Source of the DNA: Candidatus Geocrenenecus huangii | GTDB taxonomy: Archaea; Thermoproteota; Nitrososphaeria_A; Caldarchaeales; Wolframiiraptoraceae | Direction of reading: 5' to 3' | DNA length: 64,000 nt | Assembly: GCA_023254095.1 (NCBI GenBank) | Contig: JALNLM010000003.1 | Location: 64,001-128,000 of the forward strand | Shown here: piece after piece, positions 49,490-60,182 of the stretch | Layout: each line of letters starts with the position of its first letter | Numbering within the stretch: position 1 is the first letter of the stretch | Program-made: the position numbers and the translations under genes | Notes under the pieces: model-generated | Told to the model about the DNA's origin: nothing | What the model saw: the letters and a program-made list of their open reading frames with translations, nothing else | Database searches by the model: none

Positions 49490-49993
49490 TTAGAAGATCT
49501 TGAATCTTTCTTTCGGTGCACCGCAGATAGGGCATCTATCAGGTGGCTCTCCTTCAACCGTATAACCGCATTTCTCACAAATGTATACGTTGCCTAATTC
49601 TATGTCCTTCTTTTCTTCTACTGCTTTTAATGCTTTCTGATACATGGTTAAATGGATTTTTTCTGCTTGGAGTGCCCAGTTCGTTGTTCTCTCCACTTCT
49701 ACCTCTCCTTGTAGTTTTGCTACAGCATGGTACGATGGGTACATCTCTTCAACTTCGTATCTTTCCCCTTCTATCGCATTCTTTATGTTATCAGATGTTG
49801 TTGATATCAACCCTAATGCTTGAAGATGGTTGGATGCATGGATCTGCTCAGCGAAAGCTATGGCTCTAAATAATCTAGCTATATTCCTGAATCCGTCCTC
49901 TTCAGCTTTCTTAGCAAAGATTACGTATTTCATGTATGCTTGGCTTTCACCTGCAAAAGCATTCTTTAGATTTTCCTGACTCATCTTCTTCAT
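49490..49993 (-). CDS. rbr: Rubrerythrin
   Basis: AFAGESQA, E..HA, GE.YE and C-terminal CEKCGY...CPICG motifs. Confidence 0.93.
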   Translation of the reverse strand: MKKMSQENLKNAFAGESQAYMKYVIFAKKAEEDGFRNIARLFRAIAFAEQIHASNHLQALGLISTTSDNIKNAIEGERYEVEEMYPSYHAVAKLQGEVEVERTTNWALQAEKIHLTMYQKALKAVEEKKDIELGNVYICEKCGYTVEGEPPDRCPICGAPKERFKIF

Positions 49994-50257
49994 ACTTCCA
50001 ACCCTGAAGACACTTACTCAGAACTACCATGTTATTTATTAGGTTTTTGATCTAGAGGAACACTTTAAAGCTCCAAGACATGTTCTCTCAGAATAATTGT
50101 TTTAAAGCTTCTTTCTATCTAGATTTATCTTTCCGATCCTGTGTCTGTTCTCCTCATTAATATCTTGTTGTATAAGCTTTGTACCGTGCACATCCCGAAT
50201 ACTCCGAGTATGATTCCATCTTGAGTATATTGTAGAATCCTCAAGACAATATCCTGT

Positions 50258-50545
50258 TTAACTTCCCTGACTTTTTTCAGAGTCATTCAAAATTTCTTCT
50301 GCTTCTCTTCTCAGAGTCTGCATCCTATAAATCATTTCTTCGAGATTCTTTACTTCCTCATCATCTATTAACTTATTCTTTAATCTTTCTAGGGTCTCTG
50401 AGTCGAGCTCCTTTTGAGACGGCTGCTTGATAATACTTTTCTCAAGATATTTCAAGGTCTTGTAGTATACCGAGATGAAGAATAAAGTAGTTGCTATGAA
50501 TACTGTGATAAGCATTGCTGAGATAAGCGATAGTAGCTCGCTCAC
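50258..50545 (-). CDS. Small hypothetical protein, N-terminal TM plus coiled coil
   Basis: 95 aa; hydrophobic N-terminus and charged helical C-terminus. Confidence 0.55.
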   Translation of the reverse strand: MSELLSLISAMLITVFIATTLFFISVYYKTLKYLEKSIIKQPSQKELDSETLERLKNKLIDDEEVKNLEEMIYRMQTLRREAEEILNDSEKSQGS

Positions 50546-50682
50546 AAGATTAGCTATGCTTATGTACTTATTAATAGTTTCTCCCTGAACTAGCCGACCT
50601 TCTTCACCCTGTATAATCTGTAGATGTGATATTGTCTAATGATGCGCATTTAATCTACCGATCAAGATTTATCCGACATATT

Positions 50683-51651
50683 CTAGTATAAATAGCATGA
50701 AACATGATGATCCGCTTTAACTTCTTTTAGTTCAGGTTCATTTTTATCACATGGCTCAAATCTATATGGGCATCTTGGATGGAATCGGCAGCCGGCTGGA
50801 GGATTGACTGGGCTTGGAGGTTCACCTGGTATAACTTTTCTTTCTTTCAACCTATTGGATGGGTCTGGTTCTGGTACCGCTTCTATCAATGCTTTGGTGT
50901 ATGGATGTAATGGTTCTCTAACTAGTTCTCTAGCTTCTGCCAGCTCGACAATCTTCCCAAGATACATTACTGCTACCTTATCGCTGAAGTGTCTAGCTGT
51001 AGCAATATCGTGTGTGATGTATAGGAATGAAATCTTGTATTTTTCTTGGAGCTCTTTTAGAAGATAAAGGATTTCTGCTCTGCTGGAGGCATCTATCATT
51101 GAGACCGGCTCGTCGGCGACGATATATTCAGGTCTAAGAATTAATGCACGAGCGATCCCAACTCTCTGCCTCTGCCCTCCACTCAGCATATGCGGATACT
51201 TCCCCACGAATTCTTCAACTGGCGTAAGTTTCACATCTGTTAAAGCTTTAATAATCATCTCCAGCCTCTCCTCGGTGTCTCCCACTTGATGGAGGATGAG
51301 CGGTTCCTCAAGTATTTCTTTCACAGTCATGAACGGGTTTATGCTTGAGTACGGGTCTTGGAATACTGCTTGAGCGCGCCTTCTAAACCATTTTAGTTCT
51401 TTCTCTTCTTTATCGGTTATATCTAATCCGTCGAATACTATTCTACCATGTGTTGGTTTCAGTAATCTTAACGAGAGTCTACCGAGCGTCGTTTTTCCGC
51501 ATCCAGACTCTCCCACAAGAGCTAGGGTTTCTCCTCTCGATATTTCTAGATTGACTCCGTCTACTGCTTTTACTGGTATAGTCTTGAATAAGCCGACCCT
51601 AAACTCGAAATACATCCTTACATCTTCTATTTTGAGAAGCTCGCTACTCAT
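50683..51651 (-). CDS. oppF: Oligopeptide/dipeptide ABC ATP-binding protein (OppF/DppF)
   Basis: GESGCGKT, LSGGQRQR, HPYT and GCRFHPRC motifs. Confidence 0.93.
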   Translation of the reverse strand: MSSELLKIEDVRMYFEFRVGLFKTIPVKAVDGVNLEISRGETLALVGESGCGKTTLGRLSLRLLKPTHGRIVFDGLDITDKEEKELKWFRRRAQAVFQDPYSSINPFMTVKEILEEPLILHQVGDTEERLEMIIKALTDVKLTPVEEFVGKYPHMLSGGQRQRVGIARALILRPEYIVADEPVSMIDASSRAEILYLLKELQEKYKISFLYITHDIATARHFSDKVAVMYLGKIVELAEARELVREPLHPYTKALIEAVPEPDPSNRLKERKVIPGEPPSPVNPPAGCRFHPRCPYRFEPCDKNEPELKEVKADHHVSCYLY

Positions 51652-52610
51652 GTTTTATCACCGTACAGCCAGCACATTACTTTCTGGTTTTTTTCAGGCT
51701 CGAATATTTTAGGTTCTACCTCTTTACAGATATCCATTACGTAAGAGCATCTTGGATGAAATCTACATCCATTAGGCGGGTTTATCAAGTCTGGAGGTGC
51801 ACCAGGTATGAATTCCGGTTTTTCTTCACTTATCAGCTTTGGAGTTGCCTTCAATAGTTTCTGAGTGTAGGGATGTTTTGGTGATAGTAAGACCTGCTCA
51901 GCTGAGCCTATCTCAACTATCTGTCCAGCATACATTACAGCTATCTTGTCGCTTATATCGCTTGACAAAGCTATGTCGTGGGTTATGAAGATCATAGAGA
52001 TGTTGAGATCTTTCTTCAGCTTCTTTAGGAGATTCATTATCTGGGCTTGTATACTTACATCAAGTGCAGATGTCGGTTCGTCTAGTATGATTATCTTCGG
52101 ATTCATGACCAAGGCCATGGCTATGACTACCCTCTGCTTCATGCCTCCGCTTAGCTCATGTGGATACCTGTCGAACACTTCTTCATGTAAGCCTACAAGC
52201 ATCATCTTCTCTTTAGCTATCCTGTATGCTTCCTCCTTCTCCATCTCTGCATGGATCACCAGTGGTTCCGCAATCTGATGACCAATTCTTATGACGGGGT
52301 TTAATACGTTCATCGCTCCTTGGAAGACGATCGAGATCTGCCTCCACCTAATCTTTCTTCTTACCTCATCCTCGGGCAGATCAACGATATTTATTCCATC
52401 TAGGATTATCCTTCCCTGGTATAGAGATACGTTGCTGGGAAGCATTTTTATGATCGCGTTAGCCATGCTTGTCTTACCACACCCGGATTCACCTACAACT
52501 CCTATAGCTTCACCTGCTTCAACATCGAAACTTACGTTATCTACAGCTTTAACGATACCTCTGAGCGTTTTATAATAAAGCTTCAGTTGGTTGATCTCCA
52601 GCAACGCCAT
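51648..52610 (-). CDS. oppD: Oligopeptide/dipeptide ABC ATP-binding protein (OppD/DppD)
   Basis: GESGCGKT, YPHELSGGMKQR and DEPTSALD motifs. Confidence 0.93.
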   Translation of the reverse strand: MALLEINQLKLYYKTLRGIVKAVDNVSFDVEAGEAIGVVGESGCGKTSMANAIIKMLPSNVSLYQGRIILDGINIVDLPEDEVRRKIRWRQISIVFQGAMNVLNPVIRIGHQIAEPLVIHAEMEKEEAYRIAKEKMMLVGLHEEVFDRYPHELSGGMKQRVVIAMALVMNPKIIILDEPTSALDVSIQAQIMNLLKKLKKDLNISMIFITHDIALSSDISDKIAVMYAGQIVEIGSAEQVLLSPKHPYTQKLLKATPKLISEEKPEFIPGAPPDLINPPNGCRFHPRCSYVMDICKEVEPKIFEPEKNQKVMCWLYGDKT

Positions 52611-52622
52611 GTGACTACACCT

Positions 52623-54062
52623 TTACTTCATTCTTCTAAGCCTCGGATTTACTACGGGCTCCATCCCCAATGCTATTAATACGAAGGTTATAGCCGTCCA
52701 TATTATTAGGAGACCTGGAGGTATTATCCACCACCATAACCCTACATATATTCCTCCACTTCTAAAACCGTATTCGAGTATCTGACCCCATGTAGGCATG
52801 GTCGGGTCACCTAACCCGAGGAAACTTAGTGCTGCTTCCAGCAAGATGAAGGTAGGTGTAAAGAATATTAGTTGAGCGAATATGAAGGGAGCGACTTGGG
52901 GGAAAATATGTCTAAACATTATCCATAATCTAGGTGCTCCTAGAGAGATTGCAGCTTCTATAAACTGGCTAGACTTTAATTGCAGGACCATGGATCTAAC
53001 AATTATTGTTAGTGTAGGCCAACCGAATGCAACTAACAGGAATACGAGAATCCACATGTTCTGTCCAAGTATGAATGCTAAGAATATTAGGAGGGGGAGG
53101 AGAGGGATGTTGTTAACAAAGTCTGCCGCTCTCTGTATAACCTCATCTACCTTTCCACCGACGTAGCCGCCGACTATACCTAATCCTGCTCCAAGCAGCG
53201 TTGTTATCGTTGACGTTACAATCCCTATGAACAAAGCTATCGGGAAACCGAAAAGTAAACCGATTGATAAATCTCTTCCAAGAGAATCCGTCCCCATGAA
53301 TCCGTATACGTTTCCCCCGATAACCAGTTTTACTTCTCCAACATAATCCCTAGAATCATACGTATTTATCGAGACCATGAAGATGTATTCTCCCTTCAAT
53401 ACGTAGAATTCTTTATCCGGTCCAGGTATGCTGAACACTATTGTATGTTGACCTATCGAATTAATCTCGCTTGGCTTGATTGATACATTGTATTCCCTCA
53501 ACAAGAATCTTGCTAATACGCTGGCCACCGATATATCTCCAGTTATCGAGATTCTCTTAGGAGAATCATAAAATCTCTTGTAGGGTGGAGATTCCCCAGC
53601 GTAAGGAGCTGGAGCGATGTATCTGTATAGCTCGATGTTCTTCCCGTCAGGTCTCGTAACATTTAAACGAGCCACCAGCGGGTCACTGTAATAGGTTAAG
53701 TTTTCTAGAGTGAAAGAGATGAATGTGGGAGACTTATCTGCCTGGAAATCAAGTCTGAATACGTAGAGAAGAGTTCTGCCAGATTCTGTAGATATTATAT
53801 CAGAGGGTTTGTTATATATGAATACGTGGTGTTCGGGGAGCTTCTGATCTGAGAAGTAGTTGACCCAGCTTGGAGGAGCTGATTTAGGGTAATCCGCCCA
53901 GTATGCAGGATTGTTCCAGTATCTTACTCCGAAGTCGAGTGGATATGATGTGACGACGTACACGCTTAAGAATACTAGTATCATTAAGAATACTACTCCT
54001 ACTTTTGAGACTTTTAGTCTCCAGAATTCCTGGAAAGCTTCTCTAAACCTCACCGACATCAA
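52623..54062 (-). CDS. oppC: Oligopeptide ABC permease (OppC/DppC) with large extracellular insertion
   Basis: GTDSLGRD, EAA loop, LSFLGLG and WWW motifs. Confidence 0.9.
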   Translation of the reverse strand: MMSVRFREAFQEFWRLKVSKVGVVFLMILVFLSVYVVTSYPLDFGVRYWNNPAYWADYPKSAPPSWVNYFSDQKLPEHHVFIYNKPSDIISTESGRTLLYVFRLDFQADKSPTFISFTLENLTYYSDPLVARLNVTRPDGKNIELYRYIAPAPYAGESPPYKRFYDSPKRISITGDISVASVLARFLLREYNVSIKPSEINSIGQHTIVFSIPGPDKEFYVLKGEYIFMVSINTYDSRDYVGEVKLVIGGNVYGFMGTDSLGRDLSIGLLFGFPIALFIGIVTSTITTLLGAGLGIVGGYVGGKVDEVIQRAADFVNNIPLLPLLIFLAFILGQNMWILVFLLVAFGWPTLTIIVRSMVLQLKSSQFIEAAISLGAPRLWIMFRHIFPQVAPFIFAQLIFFTPTFILLEAALSFLGLGDPTMPTWGQILEYGFRSGGIYVGLWWWIIPPGLLIIWTAITFVLIALGMEPVVNPRLRRMK

Positions 54063-55105
54063 TACCTCACCCTAGGATCTAGAGTTACGTATAAGACTTC
54101 GAGAAGGAACCTAGCAACCACATAGACTAACGTGAATATGTATGTTAATGCGATAACTACTACTTCATCCATTACCAGTACGGCGTCGTAGAACAATCTA
54201 CCTAGCCCTGGCCAGTTAAAGACCGTCTCCGTTAAGATCGCTCCAGAGATAGATGTCGCCAGACCCAAGATTACATTCGTTAATATTGGTGGAGCTGCTA
54301 CTCTCATTATGTATCTTCTTCTAACTAGTTCTTCTGGTAGACCTCTAGCTCTGGCAGCATTTACAAAATCTTCTTGAGCCGTGTTTAAGACTATTGTCCT
54401 AGTAGTGTATATCCATACTCCGACGGAGGCTATTACTAGTGTTGTTACTGGAAGGACTGAGTGCCAGAGCAGGTCAAGGAATCTCAGGTAGGGGTCTGAT
54501 GGTGGTGGCGCACTATATAGACCTCCGAATGGAAATAATTTGAGAAGGAAGGAGAACACCATTATCAGTATTATCCCTATCCACCAAGTAGGGATAGCGT
54601 ACGAGATAGCTGACATGTACGAAGATATCCTATCTAGGATTCCCCCAACTTTTGTAGCTATTCTTACACCTAGTACTAGACCTATTAAAGCGCTGATAAT
54701 AGTTGCGGAAGTTACGAGAATTATTGTATTGGTGAGCCTTTCTATAACTATGTCTGAGACCTTGTTCCCACCTGCGAAAGTTTTCAAAGTTCTCGCTTTA
54801 CCCAAGTCTAGGGTTAACACTCTCCAAGCCATATCCGGTAAACGTACATACCATGGCTTAGTTAGACCATAGAACTCCATTAATTCTTGTTTTCTTATAT
54901 TGATAACTCTTTCAAGTTCTTGTGGGTCTTTAATTGTTTTAGCTAGAGACTGCCTCAGCATCATTACTTCTTCATTAACCATTGCTTGGAGAATCTTATC
55001 CGAGGTCCCTGTTGCTCCAAGTATTATGACCATGAAAAAGACGACTAGTACGAGTACAGCGACAAGCGTCAGCGCTCGCATAGATAGTGTTCTAGCTAAT
55101 CCCAT
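54059..55105 (-). CDS. oppB: Oligopeptide ABC permease (OppB/DppB)
   Basis: ARARGL, ETVFNWPGLG and LDPRVR motifs. Confidence 0.92.
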   Translation of the reverse strand: MGLARTLSMRALTLVAVLVLVVFFMVIILGATGTSDKILQAMVNEEVMMLRQSLAKTIKDPQELERVINIRKQELMEFYGLTKPWYVRLPDMAWRVLTLDLGKARTLKTFAGGNKVSDIVIERLTNTIILVTSATIISALIGLVLGVRIATKVGGILDRISSYMSAISYAIPTWWIGIILIMVFSFLLKLFPFGGLYSAPPPSDPYLRFLDLLWHSVLPVTTLVIASVGVWIYTTRTIVLNTAQEDFVNAARARGLPEELVRRRYIMRVAAPPILTNVILGLATSISGAILTETVFNWPGLGRLFYDAVLVMDEVVVIALTYIFTLVYVVARFLLEVLYVTLDPRVRY

Positions 55106-55191
55106 TTCGGCTACCGCCTAATACCTTGGACAATCTAATAAGTGTTCAAGATAAAAAATAAGTGAGAGATTTTAGTTTGTTCTAGTATTCA

Positions 55192-57804
55192 TTACTTGGG
55201 TTGACCAATAGGCTTCATTCTTCTAGAGAATATTGCTGTTAGAGCTACCGCAACAATGAGTATGACCGCAAATACGCCGATGACCTCTACAGGTGTTGTC
55301 GCCACGGTTGATACTATTGATGTTGTTTCTACGACTGTTTTAGTAACGGTTGCAGGAGCTACTTCATATTTTAATATGTTAAACGATTCAATAGCTTCCG
55401 AGACAAATGCTACTTGATCACTGTATGCTCCCACTATTAGGTTGTATGTTCCTGGGCCTGTCTCCCACGTAAATCCTTTAGATAGCTTAATCTTGAAAGT
55501 TGTTGGGGATACCTTTTCCGCCTCACCAAATAGTAGGACTTGCCCCGTAGATGGGTTAACTACTAGATATTTTGCTCCAAGTGTCCCAGGTCCTGCTAGC
55601 TCCGCGGTGAACGTTACTTCATCTCCAGCTCTTACATCGCCTACCTTGACATCTATTATTTCTATTTTCTCCGGTTCTCCATAGTACCAGTCTCCAGGCT
55701 TGAATGGGTATGTTGGGTCTCTGAAAGCTTTTAATTCAGCGTACTGGGCTGCAGAATCAAACTTGTTTAGATAGTATGGTCCATTGCTTATCTGCATGTG
55801 TCCATGCTCGTTGAACCATGATATCGCTGCACGATATCTAGATATTGCCTCGCTCTTGGTAGCATATACTTTGTCTCCAAGCTTGAAGTAGTTCTCGGGA
55901 AAGTAATCCTTCTGTACAAATTCATCCAGTACATTTTTTATCATCTCAGCATGATCTCTTAAAACGACTGAAAGCCATGGGACGCCGAGCTTTTCAGCAG
56001 TTGTCTGACCGTATGCAGCTTGCTTCTTAGTGAATACAAGCTCGTTCATGGCGGCCATAAGCTCCCAGGGCGGTGTCTCGCTATAATAAATTGAGTAGTC
56101 TATGCCAAGCGGGGAGCCGAATTCAGCAATGTAGTTCGTGTCAAAGTGCCAGAAGTTTACATATGTCTCCACAGTTTTCTCGTCAACAATCCTTATGCCG
56201 ACAAACTTGTCAAGTGTAACTTTTACGGTTTCGGCTATCGCGCTCTCCATCGCAGCTTTATCTTCATCATACGTATTTTCTATCATTGACGCTATATAGA
56301 ATAGCACGTCGGCGACAGTTATCGGTTGTCCATGATGCCACTTCGAGTTAAAGTACCTACTCAGGTCCCACGTAACCTTGCTCGTGGCCTCCTTACCTGC
56401 AACAGATACCCATCTATCTTCTTTAGCATCCCAAGTATAGGTTCCTTCAGGTACTATTAGCTTACCGAATGGGCCAGCTGTCTCAACTTCATAACTTGCT
56501 CTAAACGGTATTGGTAGACCTGTGAAAGGATGTCTATAGATGGGTGAGTCATGGGTTGCTTTTCTTACATCCACGCTGTAGACATCTTGGAATCCTCCAA
56601 TCCAGTTCCATGTAGTCGTTTCGGTCCAGACCCATAGATGCCCAAATACTAATGTATCCTTTCCAGGAATCCATGCCTCCCTCATATTCCACGTTCCTCT
56701 TAGACCTGTTCCAACATCATTCGTTACACCTCCTATCTTCGGGTTAAGGATATATGCATCAAGACGTGTTGCAACCCAGAGTCTCACAGAGTCATGGATA
56801 CACAGCTCGGTCGCCTCTCTATAAAATTTATTCCTAGTTTCAAGATCTTGGAACTCGCTTAGAGATATCTTCTTCCCTAGAGCATCTATCTCATCGTTAA
56901 CATAGTTCCAGTACGAGGGGTCTTGCCATCCAGGCATATATCCAAACCATGGTGCACACATCTGGTTTATCGTTGAAGAATCATATTTCTCCGGTGCGCC
57001 TTTGCCCCAAGCTTCTGTATATAGATGCCATTCGAAATCTTTAGGATCTGTCAAGTACACTTTCTCTATCGCTACACCGAATGGATGATAGAGTCTTTCA
57101 ACCTCGAAGCCTAGTTTTTCTAAGTCTGTAGCAATCGCATCTCCTATCTGTCTTCTTTCATCTTCGATTCTTATTATAAACTTTAACTTAACTGGCTGGT
57201 CTCCATAATACCATTTACCTTCCCTCATTACCGCTCCTGCTTTCGTCATAGCTTCTGCAACTAGTTTCTTCGCATATTCTGGGTCATATCTAAAATCATA
57301 GTTCTTAACTATGTCGAAGATTGTTATGTAATCTGGATCATAAGCACTCAAGAATGTAACCATCGGTGCAGCAAACCCTTTGAATATCTCTTTAGTTATA
57401 TACTCTCTGTTAACAATATATTGTAGCCCGATCCTCACTTCTGGAATAGATAATGGATTCAATTGTCCTGAAGGCGCAGGCGCAGGATTCAATACGATAC
57501 TATATGATCCAGATGGTGCACTAATCATTTTTATTTCAGGCTTCCCCGCTAGTTCTGCAGCGACGGTGGAACGTAGTCCGAAAAGGTAGGCATCGATTTC
57601 TCCTGCTTCTAGAGCAGCTGGAGCGACATCGAGAGCTATAGATTTGTAGATTAATGTTTCAGATGCAGGTCCAGGTTTCGTGTGAGGCGGAACATATTCA
57701 CTCAAAGTAGGTTGATGAACCTCTGCATACGTTATCACCGGTGATACCGTCAGCATTAATACTAGCAATACTCCTATCAAGAGAAACTTCTTCATTTCAA
57801 TCAT
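55192..57804 (-). CDS. oppA: Oligopeptide ABC substrate-binding protein, archaeal type with C-terminal TM anchor
   Basis: Signal peptide, NP...VR, SNGPY, Thr-rich linker and C-terminal TM; first gene of the opp operon. Confidence 0.88.
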   Translation of the reverse strand: MIEMKKFLLIGVLLVLMLTVSPVITYAEVHQPTLSEYVPPHTKPGPASETLIYKSIALDVAPAALEAGEIDAYLFGLRSTVAAELAGKPEIKMISAPSGSYSIVLNPAPAPSGQLNPLSIPEVRIGLQYIVNREYITKEIFKGFAAPMVTFLSAYDPDYITIFDIVKNYDFRYDPEYAKKLVAEAMTKAGAVMREGKWYYGDQPVKLKFIIRIEDERRQIGDAIATDLEKLGFEVERLYHPFGVAIEKVYLTDPKDFEWHLYTEAWGKGAPEKYDSSTINQMCAPWFGYMPGWQDPSYWNYVNDEIDALGKKISLSEFQDLETRNKFYREATELCIHDSVRLWVATRLDAYILNPKIGGVTNDVGTGLRGTWNMREAWIPGKDTLVFGHLWVWTETTTWNWIGGFQDVYSVDVRKATHDSPIYRHPFTGLPIPFRASYEVETAGPFGKLIVPEGTYTWDAKEDRWVSVAGKEATSKVTWDLSRYFNSKWHHGQPITVADVLFYIASMIENTYDEDKAAMESAIAETVKVTLDKFVGIRIVDEKTVETYVNFWHFDTNYIAEFGSPLGIDYSIYYSETPPWELMAAMNELVFTKKQAAYGQTTAEKLGVPWLSVVLRDHAEMIKNVLDEFVQKDYFPENYFKLGDKVYATKSEAISRYRAAISWFNEHGHMQISNGPYYLNKFDSAAQYAELKAFRDPTYPFKPGDWYYGEPEKIEIIDVKVGDVRAGDEVTFTAELAGPGTLGAKYLVVNPSTGQVLLFGEAEKVSPTTFKIKLSKGFTWETGPGTYNLIVGAYSDQVAFVSEAIESFNILKYEVAPATVTKTVVETTSIVSTVATTPVEVIGVFAVILIVAVALTAIFSRRMKPIGQPK

Positions 57805-58106
57805 AGACTAGGGAGACTGGTAAATAAAGCTTATTAAAATACAAGTACTGATAAGTCCATATTAAGAAGCACTACCATTTGAACGACCTCATAATAGAAA
57901 ACTTGTTTATTAAAATTATTATGACATTCTCGAGAATGCATGATGAATTATTAACGCGAGATACAATTGGAAAAATGAATGTTTACCTTTCTATGATGTC
58001 TCTTTCTCCTCCGTATGTGTGGCTCTTAATGGAAAAAATCAGTCTACCCATGATATAAGACGATATTATTGCTTTAATATTTGTTTATCCTATATTTTGA
58101 TCGCCC

Positions 58107-58820
58107 CTAAAGTTTTAACTTCTTTCTCGCGATGTTTATCTCTTTTATGCTATTGTCTTTTTCACCGATTATGATCTTGTCTGCTAGTTTGGGGAATAAG
58201 CCTGTCTCGAGTATTCCAGCTATAGATCTTAGAAGATTGTCTAGTCCTTCCGGATCTTCTATCTCTCCTGCATCTACATCCCCCAACAAGTTTCCATTCT
58301 CACTTATCACTGGGCCGATCTTACCAGTTGATTCTCTTAGTTTTAGAATAAGCTTCATCTGAGTTAGAACCCTGTTAACGTGAGGATAGGCTTCTTTCAG
58401 TATCTCGAGGGGTACTGGGATACTTAATCTTTCTACGAGTTTTAGGTAGTCTGCTACGAAGATCACTTTTTTGGATGCCTGTGCAACTACCTTCTCCATC
58501 AACATCGCTCCACCACCTCCCTTGATAACGTTTCCATCCTTATCCGATTGGTCGAAGCTATCTATGGTTAAGTCAGGTTGCGGATACTCGTAAAGGCTGG
58601 AGACTCGAAGTCCATTCTCCAAGAGGAGCTGTCTAGACTGAAGAGACGTTGGTATAAAGATAAGGTCCATCTCTTTCTCCTGAACTTTCTTCTTGATGTA
58701 GCCAACCGCTTGAGCCATGGTTGTACCAGTTCCAAAAGCTATAACCATTCCATCTTCAATATACTCTAAAGCTTTTAGGATAGATGCCTCTCTAGCTTTC
58801 TTCACTTCTTCTGAGATCAT
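58107..58820 (-). CDS. rpiA: Ribose-5-phosphate isomerase A
   Basis: GTGTT, PTS, KGGGGA..EK, ENGN and ETGLF motifs. Confidence 0.92.
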   Translation of the reverse strand: MISEEVKKAREASILKALEYIEDGMVIAFGTGTTMAQAVGYIKKKVQEKEMDLIFIPTSLQSRQLLLENGLRVSSLYEYPQPDLTIDSFDQSDKDGNVIKGGGGAMLMEKVVAQASKKVIFVADYLKLVERLSIPVPLEILKEAYPHVNRVLTQMKLILKLRESTGKIGPVISENGNLLGDVDAGEIEDPEGLDNLLRSIAGILETGLFPKLADKIIIGEKDNSIKEINIARKKLKL

Positions 58821-59234
58821 CTATCATACTTACCACATTCTTCCTCAAAAACTCTTTACTCACGTATTAAGTCCTAGAAGTTTCTAAATTCCCCGAGTCC
58901 TCGGACTCTCCTTTATCTATGGCCGTCCAGAAGATTAATTAAATTATGAACTAACTGGGGAATAGACTTCAAGAAAAGGCCCAAACCTAGGAATAGGATA
59001 GAAGACACTTAGTATAAGGCCGCAATGGTTGTTTAAAGGCTCCTTCAATGGAAGCGACACCACAATCAATTCTACATACATGGCTGCGGTTTTTGCCTCA
59101 CATGTTGACTAACCTATATAATGGATAATTATAAATCATCAATGCATCGATGTTTCATTTAACCTAATTTTGTTAGCTTGAATCGATTTCACTATCGTTT
59201 GTAAAAAAATATTATGTGAAACTAGTCGTATAAA

Positions 59235-60092
59235 CTAAAGGATATAATGAATTATTAAGGCTGCTGTGAGTGCTAGAATTAGAGGTATTGGTAGTCCGGG
59301 CAGTTGCCTCCTCTTGTTTAGCGTGTACAGCACTATGATGTATCCTACTAGAATCGAGGCTGTCGAAGTAATCGCAGAAGCGATTCCGTAATTGAAGAGT
59401 ATCGCTGATATCGTGAGAGAGTAGAAGAAGAGATCTCCAAGCCCTAGAGCTATATCACCTACCTCGACAACCAGTCCTCTCAGTAATGGTGCATCAGACT
59501 TAGAAATAGATGATAGATGACCCTTGAAGACTGCGACTACATCATATATAGAGATACCAATGATAAGTATCAGGAATGTCCAGTATGGTATGCTTACGCC
59601 TAGTATGCAGCCTGCGCCCGAAGCGATAAATGAAGCTGAAATAGATGACTTGAGCTCCCCTCCCTTCAATGTAAAGTATGTGATCAATGATGCTAAGATA
59701 ACCGAATAGACGAGTAAAGCCTCACTTACAGAGATTCCGAAAAACACCATGCCTAAGAACAGGTACAGCATCGATATCCCGAAAGACACGATCCATATCA
59801 AAACGTATAACAAGCTCTTAAATAGTTTAGGCATCTTCCTAGCAATGTATAGTAGAACCACTCCAGCTATGGATATGATGACCATTATTAACAGGGTATT
59901 GAGGTATGGTGCAGGATTTACTAAGGCTTCAGAAGGAGGCACTGTAGGCTCAGGCTCTTCTAGGGGTGTAATAAATGGTCTATCAGGCTTAACATTGAGA
60001 GAGTGCACAATATATGAGAAGAACCATGTTAAACATATTGTAAACAGGACGGGGACATAGTTCAATAAATTACTTATCCTAGCAGTCTCCAA
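59235..60092 (-). CDS. Presenilin-family (A22) GxGD intramembrane aspartyl protease
   Basis: About 9 TMs; ISIYDVVAV, LGLGDLFFYS and LPGLP (PAL-equivalent) motifs. Confidence 0.88.
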   Translation of the reverse strand: METARISNLLNYVPVLFTICLTWFFSYIVHSLNVKPDRPFITPLEEPEPTVPPSEALVNPAPYLNTLLIMVIISIAGVVLLYIARKMPKLFKSLLYVLIWIVSFGISMLYLFLGMVFFGISVSEALLVYSVILASLITYFTLKGGELKSSISASFIASGAGCILGVSIPYWTFLILIIGISIYDVVAVFKGHLSSISKSDAPLLRGLVVEVGDIALGLGDLFFYSLTISAILFNYGIASAITSTASILVGYIIVLYTLNKRRQLPGLPIPLILALTAALIIHYIL

Positions 60093-60182
60093 CTCAATCG
60101 TAACTAGGTAAGGTCAAGAATAAAAACCATTACATTGGAAAACTTAATTAGAAAACTAAAATAAGATTCTTAGTGAATAACT

